In this document: positions 29,046-38,324 of the stretch, in pieces
Position numbering within the stretch: position 1 is the first letter of the stretch
Layout: each line of letters begins with the position of its first letter
Origin: Candidatus Latescibacterota bacterium
Lineage (GTDB): Bacteria; Latescibacterota; UBA2968
Assembly (NCBI GenBank): GCA_965208125.1
Contig: OZ242320.1
Span: 32,001 to 96,000, forward strand
Direction: 5' to 3'
Length of the DNA stretch: 64,000 nt
Translations under genes and position numbers: made by a program
The notes under the pieces: model-generated
Database searches by the model: none
The model's input: the letters and a program-made list of their open reading frames with translations, nothing else
Told to the model about the DNA's origin: nothing

Positions 29046-30944
29046 TCACCTATTCAACACCCGCACATCCCCTTGCCGAATGGTTATACCCTGGGTATCA
29101 AAATAATTCAACAGCGGCACGGCAAATTTGCGCGTGGTGCCAATCAGACTGCGAAAAGTCGATACATCGATCTCCCCATTTTCTTTTAAATAATCGACCA
29201 ATTGCCGCGTCACCTCTTCCATCACCTCCGGGTGAAAGAGCAACGTATCCTCCAGGCGCACCAGACCGCCCATAGCCTGCATCGCCGACACCACATCCCG
29301 CACAGATCTGGCATTGACCTGAATCGCATCGGGCAACGTCTTTAAGTCCTCAGGCGTTGTCCCCCCACCTTTTAATACGCGCGCAATCGCATCGCGAATT
29401 TCCTCTTGTTCGGGCGTCAATGCAATTTTGTAATCGCGCAACCCAATCAGCGCATGATCGCTTTTTAAGATACCTTCACGAATGAGATGTTCAACACCCT
29501 GTGCAAACAAATCGTCCGAAGGTGTACCCTTCACCAATGCGCGAAGCTCCTCGCGACGCGCACCTGGTCGGAGGGGATGCGCCTCGTGAAAAACCCGCAT
29601 CGCATCGACAATCCCGTCCAACAATTCCCGCCAGCACATCGCGTGAACATACATCGCTTTACCCGCCTGCACATAAGAAACCACATCACTCGAATTTACA
29701 AGCGCCATTAGCTGACTCTCAATCTCGCCCGCAGACACCGCCATCTCAGATGCGAGTTGTAGCGCGGTTCGCGGTTGCAACCGCGCGGCCTTTAAGCGCG
29801 TCAACAAAACTTGTGTGGGATCATCCTGCTCCAATTCCCGCAGTGCGTCATTGACATCGTCCCGAAAACGCCGATGCTTCACGGGTTGCGGATCCAGCAC
29901 CACACCACCGCCCAGCGTTTGCACCGGTGAATACCGCCTGATCACAAACCGATCTCCCCGCGCGGCAACGCCCGGTTCCTCCAGGCGCAACTGCACCAGT
30001 TGCGACTCACCCGGCAACAAAGTCTCACCCTCAAGCAACACCACGCGGGCCAACACCTCTCGCGGCCCCATAAGCAAATGAACGCGCGTGCGATTTGTCA
30101 CATGTGCGGGTGCATCGGGTAGCATGTGCAAACGTGCATCAATCATATACGTCGTCTCAAAATACCCCGGTTGCGCCAGAAGATCGCCCCGCGACACCTC
30201 ATCAACTTCGACCCCGCTTATATTAATAGCCGCACGCGCCCCCACCTGTGCCACATCCACATCCCGCCCATGCGTTTGCACGCCACGCACCCGCACACTT
30301 TTGCCCGACGGCAACAGCGACAATGCGTCTCGCACGCGCACATCCCCTGAAATCACAGTACCCGTCACCACAGTTCCAAATCCCTGCACGGAAAAAGCGC
30401 GATCAACGGGCAACCGAAAAATACCCTGATCTGGCCGCGCTTCAACCCTTGCGACCCCCGTCTCAACCGCTGTGCGCAACGCATCAATCCCCTCACCCGT
30501 GATCGACGATACGGGCACAATCGGTGCATCCTCCAAAAATGTATCTGCAAACACCTCCCGCAATTCCTCTTCCACCAACTCCAGCCACTCTTCTTCCACC
30601 AGATCGACTTTTGTCAACACCACAATGCCGCGGGGCACACCCAAAAGATTCAAAATACCCAGATGCTCACGCGTCTGCGGCATCACGCCATCGTCGGCAG
30701 CCACCACAAAAAGTGCCAGATCAACCGTGCACACACCCGTCACCATATTCTTGACAAACCGCTCGTGCCCGGGCACATCGATAATGGTCACATTGTCTTT
30801 CCAATACGCAAAACCAATATCAATAGTCACGCCACGGTCTCGCTCCTCGGGCAAGGTATCGGTCTCAATACCCGTCAATGCCTTGACCAGCGCCGTCTTG
30901 CCGTGATCAATATGCCCGGCCGTTCCAATAATCACATGCGCCAT
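29046..30944 (-). CDS. selB: Selenocysteine-specific elongation factor SelB
   Basis: GTAGHIDHGKT, DVPGHERF, MPQTREH, winged-helix C-terminus with TRKFAVPLLNYFD. Confidence 0.97.
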   Translation of the reverse strand: MAHVIIGTAGHIDHGKTALVKALTGIETDTLPEERDRGVTIDIGFAYWKDNVTIIDVPGHERFVKNMVTGVCTVDLALFVVAADDGVMPQTREHLGILNLLGVPRGIVVLTKVDLVEEEWLELVEEELREVFADTFLEDAPIVPVSSITGEGIDALRTAVETGVARVEARPDQGIFRLPVDRAFSVQGFGTVVTGTVISGDVRVRDALSLLPSGKSVRVRGVQTHGRDVDVAQVGARAAINISGVEVDEVSRGDLLAQPGYFETTYMIDARLHMLPDAPAHVTNRTRVHLLMGPREVLARVVLLEGETLLPGESQLVQLRLEEPGVAARGDRFVIRRYSPVQTLGGGVVLDPQPVKHRRFRDDVNDALRELEQDDPTQVLLTRLKAARLQPRTALQLASEMAVSAGEIESQLMALVNSSDVVSYVQAGKAMYVHAMCWRELLDGIVDAMRVFHEAHPLRPGARREELRALVKGTPSDDLFAQGVEHLIREGILKSDHALIGLRDYKIALTPEQEEIRDAIARVLKGGGTTPEDLKTLPDAIQVNARSVRDVVSAMQAMGGLVRLEDTLLFHPEVMEEVTRQLVDYLKENGEIDVSTFRSLIGTTRKFAVPLLNYFDTQGITIRQGDVRVLNR

Positions 30945-32350
30945 CAGCCCTGTACTCCTATTTTCATCGCATCGCCCACAATACTCACTTCGTCATCTCT
31001 TATCGTGCGCAAATCCAGAAATAACTGGTCATCGCGCACATAGCAAATAACGGGCGGATCATAGCAGCGCAACTTATTAGAAAGAGATAAAATATCGCCA
31101 CCAGCTATTGCGACCGCAATGCTCGGGATATTTTCCAAAGGTAACGCACCACTACCGGTTTGTGCCTGGGAATTGACCAGTTCGCACGTAAAACCCCCGA
31201 GTTCACCCATCATCCGCAACAACCGCCGACCACGTCTTTCAAGCATTTCCACAGACTCTGTCAACATGCCGAGTGTGGGATGTTCGCGCGCCAATGCCTC
31301 TGGATTCAAAAACAGCTTCAACGTCGCTTCCAGCGCAGCATACGTCAGCTTCCCACAACGCAACGCACGCATCAAGGGATTTTTGCGAATTTGTTCTACC
31401 ACATTTTGTTTGCCCACAATAATCCCACACTGCGGCCCACCGAGAACCTTGTCACCGCTAAACATCACCACATCTGCCCCGGCAGAAATACTGTCGGATA
31501 CCAGCGGCTCATAAGGCAATCCATAATCCCGCAAATTAACCAGCACACCACCGCCCAAATCGTGCGCTACAGGCACGCCGCGTTTTCGTCCCAACACCAC
31601 CATATCTTCCAGTGCAACTTCCGCGGTAAACCCCATCACCTTGTAATTGCTCGGATGCACCGCCAGCATCACCCCCGTATTTTCCGTCAAAGCATTTTCG
31701 TAATCGCTCAAATGAGTGCGATTGGTCGTACCCACCTCGACGAGTTGCGCCCCACTGCGCGCCATAATATCGGGAATGCGGAACGATCCCCCAATTTCGA
31801 CCAGTTGCCCGCGCGACACAATCGCCTCTTTGCCGCCGGCCAGTGTGTTTAACGTCAACAAAACAGCCGCTGCATTGTTATTTGCAATCGCAGCGGCTTC
31901 GGCACCGGTCAACTCACACAGCAATTTTTCCACAAGCGTCGTACGCGACCCGCGCTGTCCAGTCTCCAGGTCCAATTCCAGATTGCTATACGAACCAGCA
32001 ATATCGGCAATATGTTTCACAGCAACATCGGGCAGTGGTGCGCGTCCCAAATTGGTGTGCAGAATAACCCCGGTCGCGTTCACAACACGCCTGAGATTTG
32101 GCGCAAGCCGGTCAGCCAATTGGCTCTGCACATCTCCAACAATCCATTCGGTCAACGCCTCACGCGATGCCCCCACCACCTCGCCATCGCGCATCATCCT
32201 TCGCACGCGGTCTATCGCCTGCCGAATCATATCGGTCAAAACAGATGTCCCACACCTCTCTGACAGCACCTGTATTGCACGATCATTGAGCACCCGATCC
32301 ACACCGGGAATAATTGAATAATCTATAATTTTTTTTAAATTACCATCCAT
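30944..32350 (-). CDS. selA: L-seryl-tRNA(Sec) selenium transferase SelA
   Basis: NATGVILHTNLGRAP, VEIGGSFRIPD, EVGTTNRT, FSGDKVLGGPQ. Confidence 0.97.
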   Translation of the reverse strand: MDGNLKKIIDYSIIPGVDRVLNDRAIQVLSERCGTSVLTDMIRQAIDRVRRMMRDGEVVGASREALTEWIVGDVQSQLADRLAPNLRRVVNATGVILHTNLGRAPLPDVAVKHIADIAGSYSNLELDLETGQRGSRTTLVEKLLCELTGAEAAAIANNNAAAVLLTLNTLAGGKEAIVSRGQLVEIGGSFRIPDIMARSGAQLVEVGTTNRTHLSDYENALTENTGVMLAVHPSNYKVMGFTAEVALEDMVVLGRKRGVPVAHDLGGGVLVNLRDYGLPYEPLVSDSISAGADVVMFSGDKVLGGPQCGIIVGKQNVVEQIRKNPLMRALRCGKLTYAALEATLKLFLNPEALAREHPTLGMLTESVEMLERRGRRLLRMMGELGGFTCELVNSQAQTGSGALPLENIPSIAVAIAGGDILSLSNKLRCYDPPVICYVRDDQLFLDLRTIRDDEVSIVGDAMKIGVQG

Positions 32351-32361
32351 ATTTCACTGCC

Positions 32362-33987
32362 CTACGGCACAATCTTAAACACTATCTCTTGCTTCACATC
32401 GCGGTCCGCCAGCAAATCCGTCACTTTGACGCGGACCTCTTGACCGCCCGGCTCGGCGTCTTTCAAATCCAATTCGACATACGCCATATCCTCTGTGGTA
32501 TCACCCGATTGCTCATAAGAAATCACCACTTCCCGGCGCTTCTCTTGCAAGCGCAACATACGGCCCAACCCGCGCAGCGCGCGAATCGGCGCTAATCCTT
32601 TTTCCTGAGCGCGAAAAGAATAATCCACGCGATATCTCGTCCGCCCAAATTCATTGCGTTTCAAATTGTACACTTCAAAATAGACAAATGCATTTTGATC
32701 CGGGCGAAACGCCTTTGATGCCATTGGAATAATTTTTAATCCGCGTTTCTGAAACGGACCTTGCTCTTCACTTGGTCCAACAAAAAATGCAAGGGCAATA
32801 TCGCTCATCAGAAGATCATCGCGCTGCGAAAAATCTGCTACGGCCAGTGATTGCTGATACACCTGCGATTTCCCCGACACCACATCGCGGACCTGAAAAG
32901 AAAGATAGTGCAGCCCCGCTTCAACCTCGAAAGCGAGCACGCCCGGAATAAACGCCCCATCCAACACTTGCTGGTCTGAAGGCGCCTGAAAAGTCAATTG
33001 GTCCTGTACGCGATAGACCTCTGTCCACAGGCTATCAAACATCGCAAGACCGCGGTCCAGCATCACCCGATCGGTATTGTCATCAACGGGCAACCGCGCC
33101 ATTTCCGCAGCCGGCAATCCATAGTAGATCTCCAGCCGCGTTGCGCCATCTTCACCGCGAAATCCAGCGGGAAAATAATAAAAATCAACGGGAAGCTCGG
33201 CAATATCTGCATCGTAAACAGAGGGCTGATGCGCTGCCACTTGCCGCAAAACCACCTCGCTTTGATACGCCAGTAAATCCGTTGTTAGTGACAGACTCAA
33301 ACCCTCGGGCATCGGTGCAAAGTCATACCTGTTCCCCTTGCCTCGGCGCACAAAATCGAACTCTGTACCCCCCTCCAGATCCGCATATACCCAATACTCC
33401 CACCACGACATTGCTGGCACGGGAAAAATGGGTTGCCCTGGTCTGATCCTCAGAGCAATGCGTCTGCGATTCACGTAATTTTGCCGCGCATCCTGTATCT
33501 CTCGATCTATTTCATTTTGAATATCGCCCGACTTGCTCGTGTGATCGGGTTTGCCAAACCGCACATAAACCTCGCCCCGATCATCCCACGGGAACTGTCC
33601 CTGACCGTAATATCGGCGCGCATACGCCACACGTCGATAATGCTCAATAAGCCGCTCATTGGCCTTTGTCAACGGCGAGGGATCCAGGCGTCGCCAAAAG
33701 CGACCAATCAACTCAGCACGTTTTTTTCTATCTGCATCCCGGTAAATTTCCAGATCTTCGGGTAATGCCACCTGCGCCAAATCGCGATAGAGCACCTGCT
33801 CTTCTTCTGACAATTCTTTGATATATTCTTCAAACAGCGCCTGCGCCTGCGCATAGTCTCGAACGGACTGTGCCCGAACCGCCTGTACCAACAGCGGATT
33901 GTCAAAATCGCCCTCCTGCGCCCAAAGCGTTGTGCTCAACACACACACCATCAGAAAACCCGTCAATATCGCATGCATAACAACCAC
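32362..33987 (-). CDS. Exported GWxTD domain-containing protein
   Basis: Signal peptide; FWRRLDPSP...NERLIEHYRRVAYA...PWDDRGEVYVRFGKPD; WEYWVY. Confidence 0.87.
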   Translation of the reverse strand: MVVMHAILTGFLMVCVLSTTLWAQEGDFDNPLLVQAVRAQSVRDYAQAQALFEEYIKELSEEEQVLYRDLAQVALPEDLEIYRDADRKKRAELIGRFWRRLDPSPLTKANERLIEHYRRVAYARRYYGQGQFPWDDRGEVYVRFGKPDHTSKSGDIQNEIDREIQDARQNYVNRRRIALRIRPGQPIFPVPAMSWWEYWVYADLEGGTEFDFVRRGKGNRYDFAPMPEGLSLSLTTDLLAYQSEVVLRQVAAHQPSVYDADIAELPVDFYYFPAGFRGEDGATRLEIYYGLPAAEMARLPVDDNTDRVMLDRGLAMFDSLWTEVYRVQDQLTFQAPSDQQVLDGAFIPGVLAFEVEAGLHYLSFQVRDVVSGKSQVYQQSLAVADFSQRDDLLMSDIALAFFVGPSEEQGPFQKRGLKIIPMASKAFRPDQNAFVYFEVYNLKRNEFGRTRYRVDYSFRAQEKGLAPIRALRGLGRMLRLQEKRREVVISYEQSGDTTEDMAYVELDLKDAEPGGQEVRVKVTDLLADRDVKQEIVFKIVP

Positions 33988-34067
33988 CTTGTGAAATGTA
34001 GGTATGCCTTATAAATCAAATCTACCCGATAATCCCCCGACTCGCAAAGAAAATTTCTCCTCATTTA

Positions 34068-34096
34068 TTGACAAGCAACACGCCTGCATGTATCTT
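34068..34096 (+). promoter_or_regulatory. sigma70-type promoter of fbaB
   Basis: TTGACA, 17 bp, TATCTT. Confidence 0.6.
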
Positions 34097-34205
34097 TTTC
34101 ACCTATTTTTAGAAAAATCAACGCGCTCTCGCAAAACTTTTACAATCCTGCTAACCTCGCATTTGTGATACGGGTTCCAATTTAATTTTTCAGAAGGAGT
34201 TCTCC

Positions 34206-35279
34206 ATGGCAGTTGCTGTTCAAAGTGGCATTGACAAAATCGCAGACTACCTCGGCAATGACGCCGACGACTTACTCGATTATGAAGCACTGATCGACAA
34301 AAATTTTCTCACACTGCCGGGTCCCGACTTTATCGACCGGGTCTTTGCAGACTCCGACCGCACCATTCCCGTACTCAATAACCTGCAACGCCTCTACGGT
34401 GCGGGGCGGCTCTCGGGCACCGGGTATATTTCCATTCTCCCAATTGATCAGGGCATCGAACACTCCGGCGGCGCCTCCTTTGCTCCCAACCCCATCTACT
34501 TTGACCCCGAAAACATCGTCAAACTCGCCATTGAAGGGGGTTGTAATGCCGTGGCAACCACACTGGGCGTACTCGGGATGGTCGCCCGCCAATACGCCCA
34601 TAAAATCCCCTTTATCCTCAAATTTAACCACAATCAACTGCTCACGTATCCATCCCAATACGACCAGGTCATCTTTGGACAAGTCGAACAAGCCTGGGAA
34701 ATGGGATGCGCAGGCGTAGGAGCCACCATTTATTTTGGCTCGCCCGAATCCAACCGGCAAATCGTCGAAATCAGCGAAGCATTTGCCCGCGCACACGAAC
34801 TGGGGCTCTTTACCGTACTGTGGTGCTATTTGCGCAACTCGGCATTTGCGACCGACAACATCGACTACCACGAAGCCGCGGACCTCACGGGACAGGCCAA
34901 CCACCTCGGTGTCACCATTGGCGCAGACATCATCAAACAAAAATTGCCGACCAACAACAACGGTTATATAGCCCTGAATTTTGGACGCACCCACGACAAA
35001 GTCTATACCGAACTCTCGTCTGATCACCCCATTGACCTGTGCCGCTATCAGGTCGTCAATTGTTACATGGGCAAAGCCGGACTGATCAATTCCGGAGGCG
35101 CATCCTCAGGTGCCAGCGATTACGCCGAAGCCGTGCGAACCGCTGTGATCAACAAACGCGCCGGAGGCACCGGCCTCATCTCTGGGCGCAAGGCATTTCA
35201 ACGCCCCATGCACGAAGGCATTCAATTGCTCAACGACATACAAGACGTCTATCTCTGCCCCGACGTGACCATCGCCTGA
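34206..35279 (+). CDS. fbaB: Class I fructose-bisphosphate aldolase
   Basis: [44 protein letters not shown]. Confidence 0.96.
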   Translation: MAVAVQSGIDKIADYLGNDADDLLDYEALIDKNFLTLPGPDFIDRVFADSDRTIPVLNNLQRLYGAGRLSGTGYISILPIDQGIEHSGGASFAPNPIYFDPENIVKLAIEGGCNAVATTLGVLGMVARQYAHKIPFILKFNHNQLLTYPSQYDQVIFGQVEQAWEMGCAGVGATIYFGSPESNRQIVEISEAFARAHELGLFTVLWCYLRNSAFATDNIDYHEAADLTGQANHLGVTIGADIIKQKLPTNNNGYIALNFGRTHDKVYTELSSDHPIDLCRYQVVNCYMGKAGLINSGGASSGASDYAEAVRTAVINKRAGGTGLISGRKAFQRPMHEGIQLLNDIQDVYLCPDVTIA

Positions 35280-35292
35280 TTCGCACACATAA

Positions 35293-35332
35293 AAAAAGCG
35301 GAGCTTTCGATCTATCGAAGGCTCCGCTTTTT
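35293..35332. terminator. Bidirectional intrinsic terminator
   Basis: AAAAAGCGGAGCTTTCGA-tcta-TCGAAGGCTCCGCTTTTT between convergent genes. Confidence 0.9.
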
Positions 35333-35351
35333 GTTTTATCTTCTCGGGCTC

Positions 35352-35789
35352 TCATTCAACCAACTTTTCACCGTCGAAAATCATTTTATCCTTTTCGTAA
35401 ATCGCGCCCGTTTCTTCATCCAACTCGTACTTCATCAACTGCCCCATAGACATGTGGTTAAACACCTCTTTGGGATCGCCGTATTTTTCCAGCAATTTCT
35501 CAATTGGACCTTCAAACTCATAGGTCCGGCGTTTGGGCCGTTCGCGCGCTCTGCGCTCTGACTCTTCCTTGCTCAAAATGGGCAATCGCTCGGCAGTGGG
35601 ACCTAATCTGCTCGCGTATTCCTGTCGCCTGCGGTACTGATCGTGCCGCTTTTCAACCTCATCTTTGGCCTCTTCTCGCTCCCTGGCGCTGAGCAGATCT
35701 TCTGCCCGTTCTGACCACTTTTCCCGCTCGCGCTCACGCACATCATCGCGGCCCACTTTTCGCATAATATCTCGCAGTGAATCACTCAT
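35352..35789 (-). CDS. Hypothetical highly charged (E/R-rich) protein
   Basis: 145-aa ORF with its own minus-strand promoter (TTGACA 35867-35862, 17 bp, TATTTT 35844-35839) and a downstream terminator. Confidence 0.75.
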   Translation of the reverse strand: MSDSLRDIMRKVGRDDVREREREKWSERAEDLLSAREREEAKDEVEKRHDQYRRRQEYASRLGPTAERLPILSKEESERRARERPKRRTYEFEGPIEKLLEKYGDPKEVFNHMSMGQLMKYELDEETGAIYEKDKMIFDGEKLVE

Positions 35790-35958
35790 CTCTCAAACCC
35801 TCCAAAGCCAGATAAATTTAAGACTATCGAGTGACTCAAAAATAACGCACCACATCCCGCTTGTCAAAAGGAAATTCTTATTTTTTAAAACGTCAAGGTT
35901 GACGCAGGTCCTCTTTACATACATATTGCAGTCATGCACACCCTGCGAAAGGAAATAT

Positions 35959-36744
35959 ATGTCCAATCTGGAACGACTGATCAACATCATGGCGCGCTTG
36001 AGGGGACCTTCGGGCTGCCCGTGGGACAAAGAGCAAACGCACCAGAGCCTGAAACCCTACCTCATTGAAGAAGCCTATGAACTCCTCGAGGCGATTGACG
36101 ACAATGACAATAGCGAAATCAAAGAAGAACTGGGAGATCTTTTGTTGCAAGTCGTCTTCCACGCGCAAATTGCCAGCGAAGAAAACCGATTTACCATAGA
36201 CGATGTGGCCGAAGCCATCGCCGACAAACTCATCCGTCGTCATCCGCATGTTTTTGGCGACACACAAGCCGATACACCCGAAGAAGTAATCAAAAATTGG
36301 GAAGCCATCAAAGCCGAAGAAAAACCCGACAAAAAAGCCTCTCTACTCGACGGCGCACCGCAACATCTGCCGGCATTATTGAGAGCGCGCAGACTTCAGG
36401 AAAAAGCCGCGCGAGTGGGATTTGAATGGGAACACATAGCCGATGTGGCTCAAAAAGTGTGGGAAGAAACAGAAGAATTGATGCACGCACGAGAAAGCGG
36501 CGCAACAGAAAAGATCCGGGAAGAATTTGGAGACTTGCTATTTGCCCTGGTCAATCTCGCTCGATTTCTCAAAATATGCCCCGAAGAAGCACTCATACAA
36601 ACCAACAGAAAATTTCAATCGCGCTTTCAGTACATCGAAACCGAACTGTGCAAGCAGGGCAAAACACCTGATGACGCTACGCTTGAAGAAATGGACGCGC
36701 TTTGGGAAGCAGCAAAAAAAGAGAATCAGCCCCAAAAATCGTAG
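35959..36744 (+). CDS. mazG: Nucleoside triphosphate pyrophosphohydrolase MazG
   Basis: LRGPSGCPWDKEQT, EELGDLLLQVVFHAQ, KLIRRHPHVFG, EEFGDLLFA. Confidence 0.96.
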   Translation: MSNLERLINIMARLRGPSGCPWDKEQTHQSLKPYLIEEAYELLEAIDDNDNSEIKEELGDLLLQVVFHAQIASEENRFTIDDVAEAIADKLIRRHPHVFGDTQADTPEEVIKNWEAIKAEEKPDKKASLLDGAPQHLPALLRARRLQEKAARVGFEWEHIADVAQKVWEETEELMHARESGATEKIREEFGDLLFALVNLARFLKICPEEALIQTNRKFQSRFQYIETELCKQGKTPDDATLEEMDALWEAAKKENQPQKS

Positions 36745-37238
36745 TGTGCAGACAATTCTAAAACCGGAATGGGAGCAGATTCCCAATCGTCAATCCAGCA
36801 AATAATACTATCACAGGCCATATAATCGAGATTTTCGCGCTCGAAATCACTGCTGCGCAACACAGCATGCGCTCGAACCGGCAATTCATTACTCGACAGA
36901 ATATAATTGGGAAATGCCTCCTGGGATTTGAGCACCTCAAATCCCAACTTGTCGTAAACCCGAATAAACAACTCGCGGACATTGGTCGCATTTCGCACAG
37001 CCGGATACGTCAAAAGTGGTTCTCGACTGACAGGCGCCAGTTGTTTTCCAATGACATCAAGCGTACTCTGGGGAACCGTAATCGGTTTCGCTTTTTTGCG
37101 CTCCAATTCAGCTTCGACCCGCTTGAGCGTCAATTCGGCTACCTCTTTGGAGTCGCTAATCGACTTCCGCACGCGCTTGCCCTCTTCATCGTAGTACCCG
37201 ATCCACCATTTCTTTCCCCGCTGAAAAAGCCACGCCAT
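36726..37238 (-). CDS. Arm-type DNA-binding domain fused to a degenerate PD-(D/E)XK-like domain
   Basis: N-terminus MAWLFQRGKKWWIGYYDEEGKRVRKS resembles integrase N-termini. C-terminus LGFEV...FPN...CDSIICWIDDW...PVLELS. Confidence 0.7.
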   Translation of the reverse strand: MAWLFQRGKKWWIGYYDEEGKRVRKSISDSKEVAELTLKRVEAELERKKAKPITVPQSTLDVIGKQLAPVSREPLLTYPAVRNATNVRELFIRVYDKLGFEVLKSQEAFPNYILSSNELPVRAHAVLRSSDFERENLDYMACDSIICWIDDWESAPIPVLELSAHYDFWG

Positions 37239-37318
37239 AGTGTGCCCCCGCCGCAAAACGCCAGTGTGTCTTACATCATAGCCACAAAAAACGAGAAAAC
37301 CAATTTTCCATCAATGCT

Positions 37319-37367
37319 ACACAATATATTGTATATTGATCTAAAAATAAAGCACAATATATAGACC
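37319..37367. promoter_or_regulatory. Tandem NrdR-box-like sites
   Basis: ACACAATATATTGTAT (37319-37334, 15/16 match to acaCwAtATaTwGtgt) and GCACAATATATAGACC (37352-37367, full 10-bp core), 33 bp apart. Confidence 0.6.
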
Positions 37368-37440
37368 AAAAAGAACAAAATGTGGCTATTAGCCACAAAA
37401 TATCCATCAAATAATAATCTAAGCCACACTTTTACGCAAC

Positions 37441-37474
37441 AAAAAAGGCGGGCCTTTCGAGCCTGCCTTTTTTT
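37441..37474. terminator. Bidirectional terminator-like hairpin
   Basis: AAAAAAGGCGGGC-ctttcga-GCCTGCCTTTTTTT. Confidence 0.8.
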
Positions 37475-37504
37475 AGTTTTGCCACAGTTAAATTTTCTCT
37501 TTTG

Positions 37505-37528
37505 ATATATGTCATATTTGACATATAT
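37505..37528. promoter_or_regulatory. Inverted-repeat operator of the toxin-antitoxin operon
   Basis: Perfect ATATATGTCA-tatt-TGACATATAT, 7 bp before the toxin ATG. Confidence 0.75.
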
Positions 37529-37535
37529 TCCTTTT

Positions 37536-37871
37536 ATGAGTCTTTCTGACAAATCTCTGGTATGGCTTCACGGACAAATCAAGACACCCCCATTTTCTCC
37601 AGCGGCGAGAATCGAAGCGGGTTTCCTTCTTCGTAATCTTCAAGCCGGTGAATTACTTTCAATGCCTCAAGCCAGACCAATGCCCTCTATTGGAAGGCAT
37701 TGTTACGAATTGAGAATTCGAGATCAAAATGAGACCTGGCGAATCATCTATCGCATTGATTCGGATGCCATCGTCATAGCAGAAGTTTTTAAAAAAAGGA
37801 CTCGTCAGACGCCCAAAAGAATCATTGATATTTGTAAGAGACGGCTACAACACTACGATTCGATAGGATGA
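37536..37871 (+). CDS. RelE/ParE superfamily toxin (Gp49/HigB-like)
   Basis: IKTPPFS...RPMPSIGRHCYELRI...WRIIYRID...FKKRTRQTP. Confidence 0.9.
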   Translation: MSLSDKSLVWLHGQIKTPPFSPAARIEAGFLLRNLQAGELLSMPQARPMPSIGRHCYELRIRDQNETWRIIYRIDSDAIVIAEVFKKRTRQTPKRIIDICKRRLQHYDSIG

Positions 37872-37874
37872 CCC

Positions 37875-38189
37875 ATGAACACAAAAAAGAAAAAACTTCT
37901 CGAGGCTGCCGGATGGCGTGTGGGTTCAACAGACGATTTCCTGAACCTGACCGCCGAAGAAGCCGCCTATATTGACCTCAAAATCACGTTGAGCAAGAAA
38001 GTGCGTCAATGCCGTGAGCGAGAAAATTTGACCCAAACACAACTGGCCGAATGTCTCAAATCCAGTCAATCTCGCGTTGCCAAAATCGAAGCGGGCGATC
38101 CCTCTGTTTCTGTAGATCTATTAGTTCGATCCCTCTTCGCGCTTGGGGTCACCAAATCCGATCTCGCCAAAATGCTCGTATCGCAATAG
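37875..38189 (+). CDS. XRE-family HTH antitoxin (HigA-like)
   Basis: LEAAGWRVG, LTQTQLAECLKSSQSRVAKIEAGDPSVS; 3 bp after the toxin gene. Confidence 0.9.
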   Translation: MNTKKKKLLEAAGWRVGSTDDFLNLTAEEAAYIDLKITLSKKVRQCRERENLTQTQLAECLKSSQSRVAKIEAGDPSVSVDLLVRSLFALGVTKSDLAKMLVSQ

Positions 38190-38324
38190 ACTGGTCGCCC
38201 AGGGCCGATTCACTGGCATGATGGCCCCCGTATAGGCCCCGTAATGATTCTATACGGCAAGCTGCGTCAATCACAGGCTTGAAACCCAAGCCCTAAAACT
38301 CTCCACCGAAGCGGGGTAACTCCA
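38190..38324 (+). mobile_element. Possible IS3-family right-end remnant
   Basis: Ends in CTCTCCACCGAAGCGGGGTAACTCCA, resembling IS3-family right inverted repeats (…CA), where the next gene is truncated. Confidence 0.35.

Noticed and set aside
29046-33987. Selenoprotein with in-frame UGA near selAB
   Set aside because: Neighbouring ORFs look complete; I saw no UGA-interrupted redox motif or SECIS, though the scan by eye was not exhaustive.
36726-37238. Phage integrase or prophage boundary
   Set aside because: Only the arm-like N-terminus is present; no R-H-R-Y catalytic domain and no phage genes.
37257-37500. Chromosomal replication origin (AT-rich, DnaA-box-like repeats)
   Set aside because: No perfect DnaA box and no dnaA/dnaN nearby. 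Strand codon bias looks the same on both sides (judged by eye; a GC-skew plot would settle it).
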